A DNA stretch of 64,000 nt from Takakia lepidozioides (lineage: Eukaryota; Plantae; Bryophyta): positions 86,738,001 through 86,802,000 of the forward strand of contig CM060731.1 in the NCBI GenBank assembly GCA_030704615.1, written 5' to 3'. How positions within the stretch are numbered: position 1 is the stretch's first letter; every line of letters starts with the position of its first letter. Of this stretch, positions 26,880 to 39,838 are shown in pieces. A model generated the notes under the pieces. The model made no database searches, had not been told where the DNA came from, and worked only from the letters and a program-made list of their open reading frames with translations. A program made the position numbers and the translations under genes.

Positions 26880-28580
26880 TTGAAACAATACTTTCCACTT
26901 CAATGTGCGACTTCCAATCGTCGATGGACTCCGCATGGTGCCTGTGAGCCTTGGTCTGTCGCTATACTGAACCTCGCACTTGTCAACTTCGTGCGGTCTT
27001 CGATGGCTCCGAATTCCTACGCTATAGTTTGCTGTCCTCCGCAACTTGGGAGAGCCTGGATCCCAAACGAGGGAGGACTTTGCAGAGTGACTGAAACTTA
27101 CCTTTGTTCCAAATTCAAGCTCAAACCGGGCACAATTTATTTGGAAGAAGAAAGGAAGGATGTTCCTGGACAGGTTGACGAGACCATTGTCGTGCTAGGT
27201 AACGACGGAGGTTGCGGAATCGAATGGCACGTACCCCATCAGACACCATCCTGTACCGAGCTGTGGGAATGCCCATTCCCTTTCCGAATCAGTCGCTGCC
27301 CACACCATCCACAAAGGAGTCCGGAAACCGACAGGCGGCCACTGCCAACAGAGAGGTGTGCAACGATAATCATTCCCGACCTGGACTGTCAAGACCCTCC
27401 ATAGCTTCTCGTGTGGACGTATTCAACATTTCCGACGAGGAAGATGATTGCATTGAGGTACCCATGTCCTCCACACGGTCGTTCAAATCCGGCATGGACG
27501 TCTCTGTAGGTGCTACGCATGTGCCCTCGAGCATAACTCCAACCCGGTCCATTGTGCAGCTCCTACGACAACATCACCTTGATGGTTCTCGCTCCGAGCT
27601 GGCTGCTCTCGACTATGCCAAATTCCCAGTCAGAAAGGTAACGTTTCTGCCTCCCGAAGTCGATGGCAATGTCATCTTTGAGTTTCCACCTGTTTCTTCG
27701 TCAAACAAAGCCTCCGGGATGTTAACAGACATGGATCGAAAGCATGACGGACACCCCTGGTGTGTGATGAAGACCAGTAGCACGAAAATTGCTGATGGTG
27801 TTCGTGTACGATATGTCCTCTGTGCGGGGAAGCTGAGGTGCCTCAATCCCACCTGCTTCCACTTTCTCTCCAAAGGAGGGCGGAGAAACGAGACGGATTG
27901 GACTGGCACAACGCATCATCCATTCATTGTCTCCAGCCAAGCTCCTGCGGGTTCTTTCAAGTGTGCACACTGCAAAGAACCACCGACGTGCATGTCCATG
28001 TGTAGAGCCAAGCAATATTACGTAATCCATTTGCTCCCGGACTTGACTAGAGCTTGCATACACATTGGGGTCCACTGCCACCCCTTGGCGAGAGGCAACA
28101 TGCGGGAGGCTGTGCAAGAAGCACACGACATCATAAAAGAGGAGGTGAAATTGAGCCCCGGAGCCAGACCAAAGCAGATTCAGCTGAAGGCAGCCCACAA
28201 GATTGCTCTTGGCAAAATCATGTCTGAAGATGGTTCCGACCGAGAGCCCTTGACCGAAGATGAGATGCGTGACCTCTTGGAGTTCGTCTCGCACGTTTGT
28301 AGTCCGAATGTGCGGAATCACATCGTATCTTGCAAGCAGGAGTTCGGCAGGGGGTCGGACATGTACTCAATCCTGGAGGTGAAACGAATGACTGGATATG
28401 ACTACATCCAAGGTAGCAGGTTTCCAGGGCAAGGCAGCGAATCCGATCGTTGTTACATTTTCAAAATGTCGACGTGTGGGCCTGGGAGTGGAGTCGACTT
28501 GGTCACTCGCATGACAACTGGAAACTTGTCGAATGCTTGGGTGATGTTTGATCACATCAAGCGAATTACAAACCATCAGT
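26880..28580 (+). pseudogene. MULE A transposase N-terminal half, truncated just after the first catalytic Asp
   Basis: DRKHDGHPW, CAGKLRCLNPTC, CAHC, RACIHIGVHCHP, WVMFDHIKR, then an abrupt switch to the array. Confidence 0.85.
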
Positions 28581-29830
28581 GGGTGGAACGGAAATGCGGT
28601 ACCGCATTTCCGTTCTGATTGAGAATTATGAACAACGGGAACAAAAATGCGGCACCGCATTTCCGTCCGAGTCGCACTTTCCGACATTCCAGAACGGAAA
28701 TGCGGCGCCGCATTTCCATTTTGTATCTGATGCATGGAGCCGAGTGCAATTCCGACCGCTTGAGACAGCGCAATTCCGACCGGTTGAGACATTCATACTA
28801 TCTTGAACGGAAATGCGGTGCCGCATTTCCGTTCTGACTGAAAATCGTGAACCATCGGAACTGAAATGCGGCAGCGCATTTCCATCCGAGTCGCACCTCC
28901 CAACATTCCAGAACGCAAATGCGGCACCGCATTTCCGTTCTGATGAAAAATCGTGAAACATCGGAACTGAAATGCGGTACCGCATTTCCGTCGGAGTCGC
29001 ACCTTCCGACATTCCAAAACGGAAATGCGGCGCCGCATTACCGTTTTGTATGTGAGGCATGGAGCTGTGGAACGAAAATGCGGCACCGCATTTCCGCCAG
29101 GGTCAGACCTTAATACTCTATAGAACGGAAATGCGGTACCGCATTTCCGTTCTGACTGAAAATCGTGAACAACGGGAACAGAAATTCGGCTCCGCATTTC
29201 CGTCCGAGTCGCACCTTCCGACATTCTCGAACGGAAATTCGGCGCCGCATTTCCGTTTTGTATACGAGGCCTGGAGCTGTGGGACGGAAATGTGGTGCCG
29301 CATTTCCATCCATGTGAGACCTTCAAACTTTCCAGACAGGAAATGCGGCACCGCATTTCTGTTCAGGTGAGACCTCTATACTTTCCCGAATGGAAATGTG
29401 GAACGGCATTTCCGTTCATCAACTGCGGTATGTGAAGGGGGAACGGAAATGCGGTACCGTATTTCGATTCAGATTGAAAATCATGAACCACGGGAACTGA
29501 AATGTTGTGCCGCATTTCCGTCCGAATCGCACCTTTCGACATTCCTGAACGGAAATGCGGCGCCGCATTTCCCTTTTGTATCTCATACATGGAGCTGTGG
29601 GACGGAAATGCGGCACCGTATTTCCGTTCAACAACTAAGGTATGTGAAGGTGGAACTGAAATGCGGTGCCGCATTTTCTTCCAACAAGTACGGATGTGTA
29701 GCTTCGTGATGGTACTTAACGGAAATGCGGCGTCGCATTCGTATTTTCACTCCAACTCATCAGACGCTGGGACGGAAATGCCTTGAAATGTGAACACGTG
29801 GAGCAACGGAATTGCGGCACATGTCTGCAC
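28581..29830. repeat. Large A-type palindrome array (about one motif per 50 bp, higher-order units)
   Basis: Roughly 20 copies of GAAATGCGGNNCCGCATTTC. Confidence 0.9.
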
Positions 29831-30099
29831 TCTATCTGACTGAAGTGGCATGAGGCGGTGCGGCCTGACCGTTGGATAATGATGTTTGTTTTTTGGACGG
29901 CAGGCGTACCCTGAACGATTCGAATTTTGTAATGACGCAAAGTCCACGAGGAGACACTTTCGTCCAACCCTTTCGAACCCAAGTGGTGCATCACCGCCGT
30001 TTCATGTACTTTTGTCGTGTCTCCTCAGTCACCCCTCTCGCGCCCTTTCCATCTGCACTCTTTGCCCCTTTTCCCTGTCTCTGTTCTTCTTATGCTCGA

Positions 30100-30645
30100 A
30101 CCTGAGAGGGGGGGATTTCGTGCACCATACAGGAGACCTCGTCGCAAGCTCCGAAAATTATACTTCGGACGTAGGCCAATGCCGAAGGGGAGGAAGCAGA
30201 TGCGTCTACAGGAGGAGATTGCCATCTCCGAGCAGCAGGCCACTCAGGCAACCCAGCCACCAGTGAGAGCTCCATGCGATCGGGCTGCGCGCAGCTGATC
30301 GAGCACCGAACCCCCCATTTTGCTTCTGTAATTCTTAGACTGAATGCTAGGAGACTTGAATGCAGAACATGTTTGCATGCCTAACAGGAAAGGTGGACGT
30401 GCTGGAGGGATTGCAGGAATCCGAAGAGCCGCAGGAAGAGTCCGAGGAGCTAGCTGCAGCACGTACACCCACCCGATCCCCGAGCGCGGGTATTCCTGCC
30501 GGGCCTAGCCCTGTGCGTTTCAAATACGCGGCTTCGAAGGGCAAGTTCAAAGCCCCAGAGATCGACTCGCGTTCTTCGGTCATGGAGAATCGCCAGCAGG
30601 GGTCGGGCCCTTCTCCAGCAAAGTCGAAGAAGAAGCAGCCCGTCC
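30100..30645 (+). pseudogene. Inverted, displaced 5' exons of the A ParB-MTase gene
   Basis: RPRRKLRKLYFGRRPMPKGRKQMRLQEEI is homologous to C exon 1 RPRRKLKALYYGRRPISRMAKLKLQQEI. Confidence 0.7.
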
Positions 30646-30646
30646 C

Positions 30647-31866
30647 TTGGTACGAACAGCTTCGAGGTCCAAGAATCCACTGAAATGGGCGACAGCATTG
30701 CGAGAGAAGATCAAAGGGACGCCTCTGCACCGCAGAGGTGAACACCTAGAGGGGGACGTCCGGACTCGCCCTGTCAGGCGGAGGATTGAAGAGGAACCCG
30801 GGTGCGAAGAGGATTCCTGGAGATCCGACAGGAACATTCGGACAGCACCTCGAGGTCCCGTCATGTTGCCGCACAATGTGTCTTCCAGCAGTGGAAGCCC
30901 AAGAAATTCCAGATCGCCGTCGCCTTCAACCGGGGATTTCGTGCGAGAAATTCCCACCGCTCCCTTGCCCCAGATTCCGCCCGCTGTTATGCAGTATGGC
31001 CAAGCCATTGTGGATACGACTGTGTCTGCATCACAGTGGAGAATTGCTCGCACAAAGCCGTCGTTTCGAGGAAGGTGTTCCGCAATTCGTGTGGATACAC
31101 GGCAACGTTGTTTAGAGATGATAAGGAGGAATCCAGATGGGGCTGTCCCTGCTCCTACTTTTACAGGAAGATTTGTCCATGCAAAGTTTGCGGAGGCGAC
31201 AACCACCCAGTTCTGGTTCTGCAGGCACGACATTATGACTTGCGTGTATGGAAAGCCCAAGTACGGCATACAAACAATGCCAGAGGCTCCCCGGTGTGGC
31301 CGGTGGAACTAGGCTGCGATCTGAGTCAGGTTGAGGCCGACGCCCTTACCGCCGCAGGATTTCGGATGGTGCAGCGCACTGACGTCCCCAGACAACCATT
31401 TCCGCTTCCACAGCCTCCACCACCGACCCCTGTGAGAGCAAGAACAATGGGACACGACAGCTCTAAGCATCCTACACACCGTTGGGGGAAACCGAAGAGG
31501 CGGCGACCTCCCTCAAAAGTGAACGAGACAAGGATGGGGAATGCACTTCGGATGAACTGTACAATCCAGAGCTCGACTGAAGTGCCCCCACCAGGATTCG
31601 GGCGTGTGTATCAGATGGCCACGGCGGGCTCAGCTGTTCGCAATGAGGTGTACACCATCACCATTTTAGAATTACCCACCTGCAATTGCACCGACTTCCA
31701 GATCATGGCGAACAAGGGGGCATCATACTGCCCTTGCAAGCATTTGTACTACGTGTACCTAAAGAGACTCCGTTGTAATTCCACAACTCATCACTTCATA
31801 CATGCACCAGGGTTGAGCCCCCAGGAGGTTCACACTCTTCTGAATATGGATCCAGGGGACCAGTGA
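30647..31866 (+). pseudogene. MULE A transposase C-terminal part with SWIM finger (frameshifted)
   Basis: GTPLHRRGEHLEG, FWFC, VWPVELG, PPPGFGRVY, CNCTDF...CPCKHLYYV; collinear with B 10833-12011. Confidence 0.85.
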
Positions 31867-32722
31867 GCTTGGCTTGCGGTCCCAATACAATGGTACGCCC
31901 ATCCTTTTCGGATAGTAGAACTGTACTGCTGCCAGTACCTCAGACTCTGGCCACAGAAAGGTCCGACATATGTCTTGCCTACCAGTAACCTGTTTTGCTC
32001 GAACTAAGATATTACTATATCGTTCACTTGTTTCCACGTGCATGTATTTTTGTATGTTAGAGGGTTCATGTTTTTCTGCTTTCCGAAAACTTGCTTTCCT
32101 CATTCGACCTCCAACAAGGAAATGCGGCGCCGCATTTCCAAGTATCGTCGTAGGTACTGGTAGAGGCGGCCTTCGCCAACACCAAACCGCTCCGAAATTT
32201 CGCACGTGCGAACCCTAATGCGGCACCTTATTTCCTAGTTCAGTTGCAAACCTTTCCCGCCGAATAGAAGACGGAATTGTGAAGTACTGCAGACTGTATT
32301 GGTGCAAACTCCATTGGTTCAATCGCGGCAAAAGGGTCAGCTTCATTCCAATGTTAAGGCATGTAAAACCGCGGAATACTCTATACAGGCCAGTATGCGA
32401 CGTCCTTTTGCAGTGGTATACTGGATTTCCCGTTGCACGGTCACTTATTTCCATGAGCGGATCTATAAAACCATGAGCGGACTTGTTACTGACGACATAT
32501 CTTCGCCGCATTACATGATCTGGAACATCCAAAAACGGCAAGGTAATTTTTTTTTTAAAAAAAACTATTATTTTAATACTTGTTTAATCTGCCGCATTTC
32601 CAAATTTGGAGGAGTCCGCTCATGAAATCCGCGTATCTTAGACTTCGGCTCACCGCTCATGCGGCTCATGCGGCTCATGGCTCATGGCTCATGGTTTCTG
32701 CTCATGAAATAGTAAACCTCCC

Positions 32723-33375
32723 TGAATGGCGTTGACGACATTCACATCCAGAGTTGTTGAGAGGTCCTCAGAGTTACGTAAGTTTTTGTAATGTCCATAG
32801 AGTTTACAGTGAGGGTTCCTCACTTCAGTTTGCTGAATGTCAATGCAGACATTCAGTTGTTCTGCATTGCTTTTGCCTCTTGCGATAAATCTTGAGGCTT
32901 GATTAGCTGTGTTATCAGAGATCCAAAGTGAATGTCGTTGACGACATTCACTTCTATGTCTGTATCATTCACTAGCGACAATTTGAATTTACATGGATTA
33001 GGAGCTTAGGGTGTATTAATTGGTTCCTTGTTCGGAATTTTGTGAATGGCGTTGACGCCATTCACATCCAGTGTTATTATGAGGTCCTCAGTGTTATGTT
33101 CGTTATGAATGTCCATTGAGTTTTTAGGGAGGGTTCCTTACTCGAGTTTCTGAATGTCGTTGCCGACATTCAATTTCCATCCAATGATTTTGCCTCTTTT
33201 GAGAAATCATTAGGCTTGATTAGCAGTGTATTCACAAATCCAAAGTGAATGCCGTTGACGACATTCACTTCTATGTCTGTGTCATTCCAAAGCGAGAGTT
33301 TGCATTCACGTGGATTAGGGTGTATTTACAATATCATTGAATGGAATTTCTTGAATGGCGTTGACGACATTCACA
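32723..33375. repeat. Intronic array of B-type palindromes in about 310-bp tandem units
   Basis: TGAATG(T/G/C)CGTTG(A/C)CG(A/C)CATTC, e.g. 32723-32744 and 32929-32950. Confidence 0.85.
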
Positions 33376-33515
33376 TCCGCAGCTGTCGCGTGGTCCTGAA
33401 AGGTCCTTGGAGCAGTTCTCAGAGCCATTTCATTCCATGTTTTTTTCATTCTGTGCTACTTGCATCTTACTCACTTCGCGCTTCGGTGGGTTGGGATTTA
33501 TCTCCTGTTTAACAG

Positions 33516-34620
33516 GTACACAAAATATGTGCTTATGGAAGGAAATCACCTGAGCGGTATTCCAGACTATCTTGACATGTGGTCGGACCCTGCAAACGAT
33601 CCAACCATGTATACTGCAGGGATATTGAAGGACTGGAGTCCTTCTCACTTCAAAGACTGTGGCTGGTACCTTGACTGCCCACCAGAGCACACAACCTTTC
33701 AAGAACAGCATATGAAATATTTGAACAATAATGCTGAGATGTTGGCGCCTCTGACTGACGAAGAGTACCAAAGAAACATAGCAACATTGGCTGCCAAGGA
33801 GCCTGATGCTCAGGGAACGCCGCAGAAGGGAAAGAAGGCGGGCCCGCAAACCAAAAGACAAGGCTCTTGATGTCATAGCCATCTCACCAGCAAAGCCAAA
33901 GGACAAAGACAAGTCCAAAGAGAAGGAAAAGGACAAGGGGAAGGAGAAAGAAAAAGAGATGGAGAGTGGGCAGGACTTCACTGCTGGAAGATATACCCGC
34001 ACAGTGGAGTGCGTGTTCGATGCCAAGCCACACCCTTCCCGTTCTGATTCGGCAGGAGAGATTAAAATTGTCAACGAGGGTTGGCTGGCAATGATGCAGA
34101 GTCGAAAGAGAGGATACACTAGGGTGCCTTCGCCTACCTGGGACAACATAATCTCATTCCTCAATCTGGTGAGAATTCCAGTTTCTTTCCTTTTTCTCTG
34201 AAAGTTTCATTGGCAGTATTTCAGTCTGGTTCTTTGAAAACATTCTTGCCATTGTTCTTAAAATAAACATGTCTGTTGCAGCTGAGCACAGGTCCCACCT
34301 TCGTGTGCAGTGTGCAGAAAACATATGCGGCTGACATTGTCATTCTCGACATCCTGGATGGCCAGGCTGTGCCAGAAGTTCTTCCAAAGGGCAAGACGCC
34401 AGGCTGGAACAAATTCGAGGACAACTACTGGAGTTGGGTGTTCGGGTTCTATAATAATTTCCTCTCTCATGCAGGGACACTTCTGCTTTTTCAGTCATGT
34501 GACAAAGATAGTCGTCGGGCATTGGCAGCATACCTGAAGTCTTCAGGGTTTGAAGTTTTGCGCACATGGAATTGTGTGAACAACCTCTACCTTGTGAAAG
34601 GGGGTTTCCCTGGTCAGCTG
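33516..34620 (+). pseudogene. MULE B ParB-MTase gene, middle exons
   Basis: YTKYVLMEG...HFKDCGWYLD; ADIVILDILDG (motif IV), PGWNKFEDNYW; ends at the donor GQL|GTATG. Confidence 0.8.
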
Positions 34621-35655
34621 GTATGCCACATCATGCTTAGCCTGTAGCTCAATAATCTGCTGGTGGTGAGCAGCCTGTAAGCTTTGCTGCTCAAGTGCTG
34701 CCTGTAGGAGATTCTCTTTCTCAAGCTGCAGGGCAGCATTAGCCTCTTGTAATTCTTTTTTGAGCCTTGCTCCAGTATCCACATCAAGCCTTTCTTGTTG
34801 TAGGGCTGAGATTCTACCATCGAACTCAAGCTTTAGCTCTTCTTTCAGAGCTCCCAGCTGTTCAGATGGCACATGAGTCTTAAGGTAATTACCCACAAGA
34901 TTGTAGGCCCTTTGCATGGTACTAAGTATCATGGCCTCTTGTGTCTCCTCCTGGCCACTTGATGACTGGTGCTTGGTAACCTGCATGTGCCAAGTGTTGA
35001 GCTTCTACTCCTCTGCCTGCGAAGGACCTGCATTATCAATCTCTGGTTCACTTGTAGCCACCAAGTCTCCTTGAGGCAATGGGGGTGGAAGAGATAAACC
35101 CTCCCTTGGTTTAATCATCCAAGGGTTTTCCTTGATCAAATTCCCTTATCCAATTTCCATGGCCACTTGCTCTATGTAGAGAGATGGTCAGTAGTGAATG
35201 CCAGGGCTTGGGAAACCTCTAGCTGGGAAATCAGGGCAAGCTGCTGTAAAGGGGTTGGTTGCGAGGTGACTTCCCCTTTCTCTGCCTCCGCTGTCTGCCC
35301 CATTTCTTGCTGGGGCTGGCTTGCAACCTGCTCCAGCCTCATGATTTCCTGCCAATTAGGCTTCCCCTGCCCTTCCAGATTGTCCGCGCTGTGTGCTGAT
35401 CCCTGCTGCTCAACCACAGTGGGGTCTAATTCGATTATGCCCATGGTCTTCCGCTCCTCGTTGGTGAGTATAACAGAGTCCATAATCAGTTGTGCGATTA
35501 TGGGAGCCGAGACTATGGCTGCTTTCCCTCATTTCAACTGGAGACGTTTCATCTCCTCTATCAATGCCCGCTGCATCATTCCAGCCCATGCCACGCTCTC
35601 TCCCCTCAATGCGTTGACAATCTCTTCCGTAAAGGATTTACTTAGATACATCTGA
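34621..35655 (-). pseudogene. Inverted middle piece of the gypsy G2 extra 3' ORF (coiled-coil)
   Basis: LVGNYLKTHVP...LKEELKLEFDGR, similar to 43450-43700. Confidence 0.6.
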
Positions 35656-36185
35656 AACAGAACATTCACAGCACATACACCATTCCAATTGGTTTATGGT
35701 ATGGAAGCCTTGCTTCCTGTAGAATTCCTGCTTCCTACCATGAGAACTGAATGGGGAAGAAGAATGGAACTGGAGGATTCAATGAAAGTGAGAAAACATG
35801 AACTCTATCATGTTGAGGAAGTTTGTGCCGATGCAACAGATAATATGACCCGAATTCAAATGAAAAGAAAGGATTTGATGAAGGCAAGCTTAAAACTTTT
35901 AAGACAGGAGATTTGGTATTATGGTTACAAAAGAAGGGGAAGATTAACGCTTCCAAACTCAAGTCACTTTGGAAAGGACCTTATGTCATACAGAAAATGT
36001 ATGATAATAACATAGCAATGTTGCAGACGATTAACAAAGAGATACTTGGTAGAGTTGATGGCAACAAACTTAAGGGATACAGTGGTATCCATGATAAACC
36101 ATTATGGCATGATTTAAATTTGAAGTCAGAGAAGAAGCAACGGACTACGCCAGAACCATCACCGGTTCGTGAGTGCTGGTCATGA
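35656..36185 (+). pseudogene. Gypsy G2 integrase C-terminal fragment
   Basis: HTPFQLVYGMEALLPVEF; KLKSLWKGPY; VDGNKLK. Confidence 0.85.
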
Positions 36186-37334
36186 CACCTCATGGTCATG
36201 GTCACATGAGGTAGCACAGGAGAATATACCCGGATCATGATGACATGATATTCTATGATGAACAGATGGAAAGAAGTCATCCACGCGCTCATGGTTCTGT
36301 GACCACGAGGCACCATGAAGGGAATCATGACAGCACAGGCACGGGGACGGGGAATAGTGGACAGGAATTAATGTCAAGAAACAGCAAGGCAAATAGAAAA
36401 ACGGTTAAGGAAGGATTTATGGGAAATCTGCCACGGGGCCAGAAAGAGACGGAAGGATGTTTGAAAACAAACACGTGGCCTAAGGACATGGGCTCGCTCC
36501 ATTGCATGTACTGCAAGGGAGAGTGCCATCATGCTACACGACAAAATGGGCAGCCAAAGTACCCACCCAATACTTCAGCCGCAACTAACCAAGAGCAATT
36601 AATGGGCCGGAAGGACAAAGGAGTAAATGTCCTTACCTAACACCTAGGGAAACGTTATGCCAAAAATGTGTTTTTGATGGGCATCATAAAGACATGTGTG
36701 ATTTAGGTAAAAAGGTAATTTGGCGAAATTACCTGGCAACCATGGATTCAAGAGATAACGGCCAAGCTGGAAATAAATCGGCGCGCAAAGAGCAAGATCA
36801 AGAATTGAGAGTAGTTATGAGCGGTAGAGTAGGAGTTATCCCCGATAACCACTGCATAGGAGGCAATAGCACTGCGGCCATGGCGGATGTTACGGATTAC
36901 ACACTTTTTCTTTTTGGAATGTCATATCATCTCTAGGGTTGATAAAATTCAAGAGTTAAAGCAGAAATGCTGCATTTCATTTCCAGTGAAAGTTATCAAC
37001 TTGATGGAAGCTAAATTATGCATTAAAAAATCCCACCTATCAAACTGTTTTCCAAGAAAACAAATATATAAGTTGTGTCTTGGAGAAGCCACCTCCTCCC
37101 AAGATTCATGTATCAATAAATTTGGAAACTACCACGAGAGTTACCCATCAATTGCTTCTCTAGTTCAAACTCCTTCGGCTCTTCCGTAATGGACCCCTTC
37201 GAAGATCACCAAGACGCAATACACCCATCACAAAATTTGGGATTGGAATGTTGTCTTATGTCTCGGAGTCTGAGTCGGAATCTGTACCAGGCGATTCAGT
37301 GACCAAGGGCACATCGAATCCGATACGGAATCGC

Positions 37335-37709
37335 CCAATTTTTTTTTGTAGTAACTTTGTATGAGGTTCTATAAGACCACAAAGCAGTCACCAGCTTTGT
37401 ATCCCAATCTGTTCTATTGGCATTCACTGTGTTGGCAAGAATAGTGCACAATATCTTATTGGTGGCCTCTGCTTGTCCATTACCTTGAGGGTAAGAGATC
37501 GTCCTCTTTCTGTGCACAATCATGAATTCCTTGGTCAACAGCTCAATGGTTTCATTGATAAAGTGACTTCCCTGATCACTGATAAACTCTAAGGGATAGC
37601 CAAATCTCGTTATGATATTTTCATAAAAACTTAACTGTGGACTTAATTGTGTTGTCTCTCAGAGCCTTAGCTTCCACCCACTTAGTAGTATAATCAGTTG
37701 CTGTGAGTA
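37335..37709 (-). pseudogene. Gypsy G2 integrase core fragment
   Basis: [43 protein letters not shown]. Confidence 0.88.
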
Positions 37710-37860
37710 CAGGGATGCCTCAGCGTGAGCCTCGTCACGTGAGCGCGTGAGCGCAACTGCGCTCACGCCACGTCACCTTGCGCCAATGCCACATCACAGG
37801 GCTCACACCACGTCATCACACTTGAAGACCGCGTCACCACGCGCCCAGGAAGAAGTGGAG
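37710..37860. repeat. Other terminus of MULE B (TIR plus CGTGAGC repeats)
   Basis: CAGGGATGCCTCAGCGTGAGC, preceded by the 9-mer CTGTGAGTA. Confidence 0.65.
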
Positions 37861-38435
37861 TGTATTCCCGCGGATTGGCACCATTTACCGCGGAAACAAG
37901 CTGGACGACATAATAAAAGGCAGTGGTCATTCCCACCTGAAAGCAACAGATGAATAAAGGATGGATGAATGTACAGTTGGATGATAAACAGATGGATGAG
38001 TGTGAAAAATGAATGTAGATGGATGAATGAGGGATGGATAAGAGTCAAATAGATGAATGTATAATGGATGTTGAGCAATGAAAAACATTCATGACAGGAA
38101 GATGCATGACTAAAACTTTAGACGAATGCACAACGTATATGACATGAGTGTGGTAGGTTTGTGGGGTGGATTAAAGAGTACAGAGGATGAATGTACAATG
38201 GATGTTGAACAAAGGAAAACATTCATGAATGGAGCACGCATGAATACACTGTAGATGAAAGCACAATGGATATGACAAGAGTGAGGGAGGTTTGTGAGAT
38301 GGATTCATACATATTGCAATTTAAATGGTAGTTGATTCTTTGATTATTTTTCTTTCCAAAGGAACAACTACGGTGGAGGAAGGGGATTCAACGTTTTCCA
38401 AAGAGGATGAAACAAAATATTAAAAGAACATAGTT

Positions 38436-39339
38436 CAGTCTGACTCAGAGTCAGTACAATGTATCCCCGCTTCCTGTGCATCTAAGTCTAAGTATTTAAG
38501 AACTCCGGATCTACGCTGGCTACACCTACGGCCAGGCAGTAAAAATTCAGGGGATAGGGACTCAGCCGCGTGAAGTGCCATTGCTTCGGCATAATCAGGA
38601 AGCAGAAAATTGGAAAGAGGGCTGTCGAAAACAAACTTGCCACAAATGACTGTATCTCCTGAAGATCCACCGCTGCCTTTCCTGAAAGACAGCCTGAAAA
38701 AGTTATTACTGTAACTTTGATGTTATTGAGAAATTGAGTATGACTCCCAAAGTGGGTTTAGCACTTACTCACATGAAAAGTCGTTGTCGACCTGCTTATC
38801 TTCGGGATCGTCATCATTTCGAATTTGAATCCGATCAGTCTGTGTGCCTGAAGTGGAGCCAGACAAAAGGGGGAGGAGCACTGTGTTGTAGAGGTCAGAA
38901 TCACCCTCCATGCCAAAAAGGCTTCTTCCGCCTGCCTTGCATGCATGGTAAGTTGCTCCTGCACCAGAGAGGAGGACATGAACAGTTTTGTGGGGGGGAT
39001 TTAAGCAGATGGAACTGGTGAAAGAAAATCAATTCGGAAGGGAAAGAACGAACTTGTGGACACAGAGAGATCGACCACCCGTGCAGAGTGGTGGCTGCAT
39101 GACTCTAGCAGTATTTGCATGAACGCTGGGGATTTTTCCTTTTCACCTCTCCAGTGAGTGCCATCTGGTCTCTTCAGAGTCTGACTGGACTGCATGAAGT
39201 TGTACAAAATGTCATCGACATGCGGCTCATAGGGGGGGTTGACGAAACAACCCTGGTCAGAAATCTCAAAGCTGCAGATGGAGGATGGTGTCTTTGAGGT
39301 GCGAATCCTCCGCAGGCAGATCGCCTCGAACATCCTCGT
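38436..39339 (-). pseudogene. MULE B ParB-MTase gene, 3' exons (inverted)
   Basis: TRMFEAICL...KSPAFMQILLESCSHHSARVVDLSVST / ATYHACKAGGRSLFGMEGD; exon phases match C exons 8-9. Confidence 0.75.
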
Positions 39340-39469
39340 CTGCCAAAGATAACAGGTTAGTGTGGTAAACACAATCTATAGTGGAAGTGTGTACATCGGC
39401 TATTCAGAACTCAGGCATAAAACAATCATTTTTATCACGAATCGGTGCTGATCGGTGTCGATCATGACA

Positions 39470-39838
39470 GATTCTTCTAGAGTGGAGCTGCAGAGAACAT
39501 TGAAACTCATCATGAAAGCACAAGCAGAAGGGCAGCTTTTGCATCAAAGAAAATGCTTAATGCTGGTTTAGTAGCAACTAATCAAGAGCTTGCCAAAAAG
39601 GCTGTTGATTTTGTGGCTAAGCTAGCAAAGGCTGATGATGAGATTAGGGAGAAGTCCAAGCTATGGGCACAGGCAAAGGCAGATGTGGATCAACAGATAG
39701 AGGCCATCACTGCCATGAAGGAGACCATTAATCGTCATGAAGCCTCCCTCAAGGAGTTGAGGCTTAATAAGCTAGTACAGGATCAAGAAATTTTGCAACT
39801 GCAACAGAGTAACACGATGTTCAAAAACACACTCTCTG
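39470..39838 (+). pseudogene. Continuation of the gypsy G2 extra 3' ORF, cut by the G1 LTR
   Basis: ITAMKETINRHE...EILQLQQ, similar to IVDMKNTICRNE...HIVELQQ in 43597-44310. Confidence 0.6.

Larger units (their letters stand above)
18325..32720. mobile_element. MULE A, 14.4 kb, non-autonomous and internally rearranged
   Basis: TIRs GGGGGCTGCTATTTCATGAGC / GAGGTTTACTATTTCATGAGC, CATGAGC subterminal repeats, exact 9-bp TSD CCTGAATGG (18316-18324 and 32721-32729). Confidence 0.93.

Noticed and set aside
37930-38310. GGATGAAT-rich degenerate repeats
   Set aside because: Low-complexity subterminal DNA of B with no further structure I can support.
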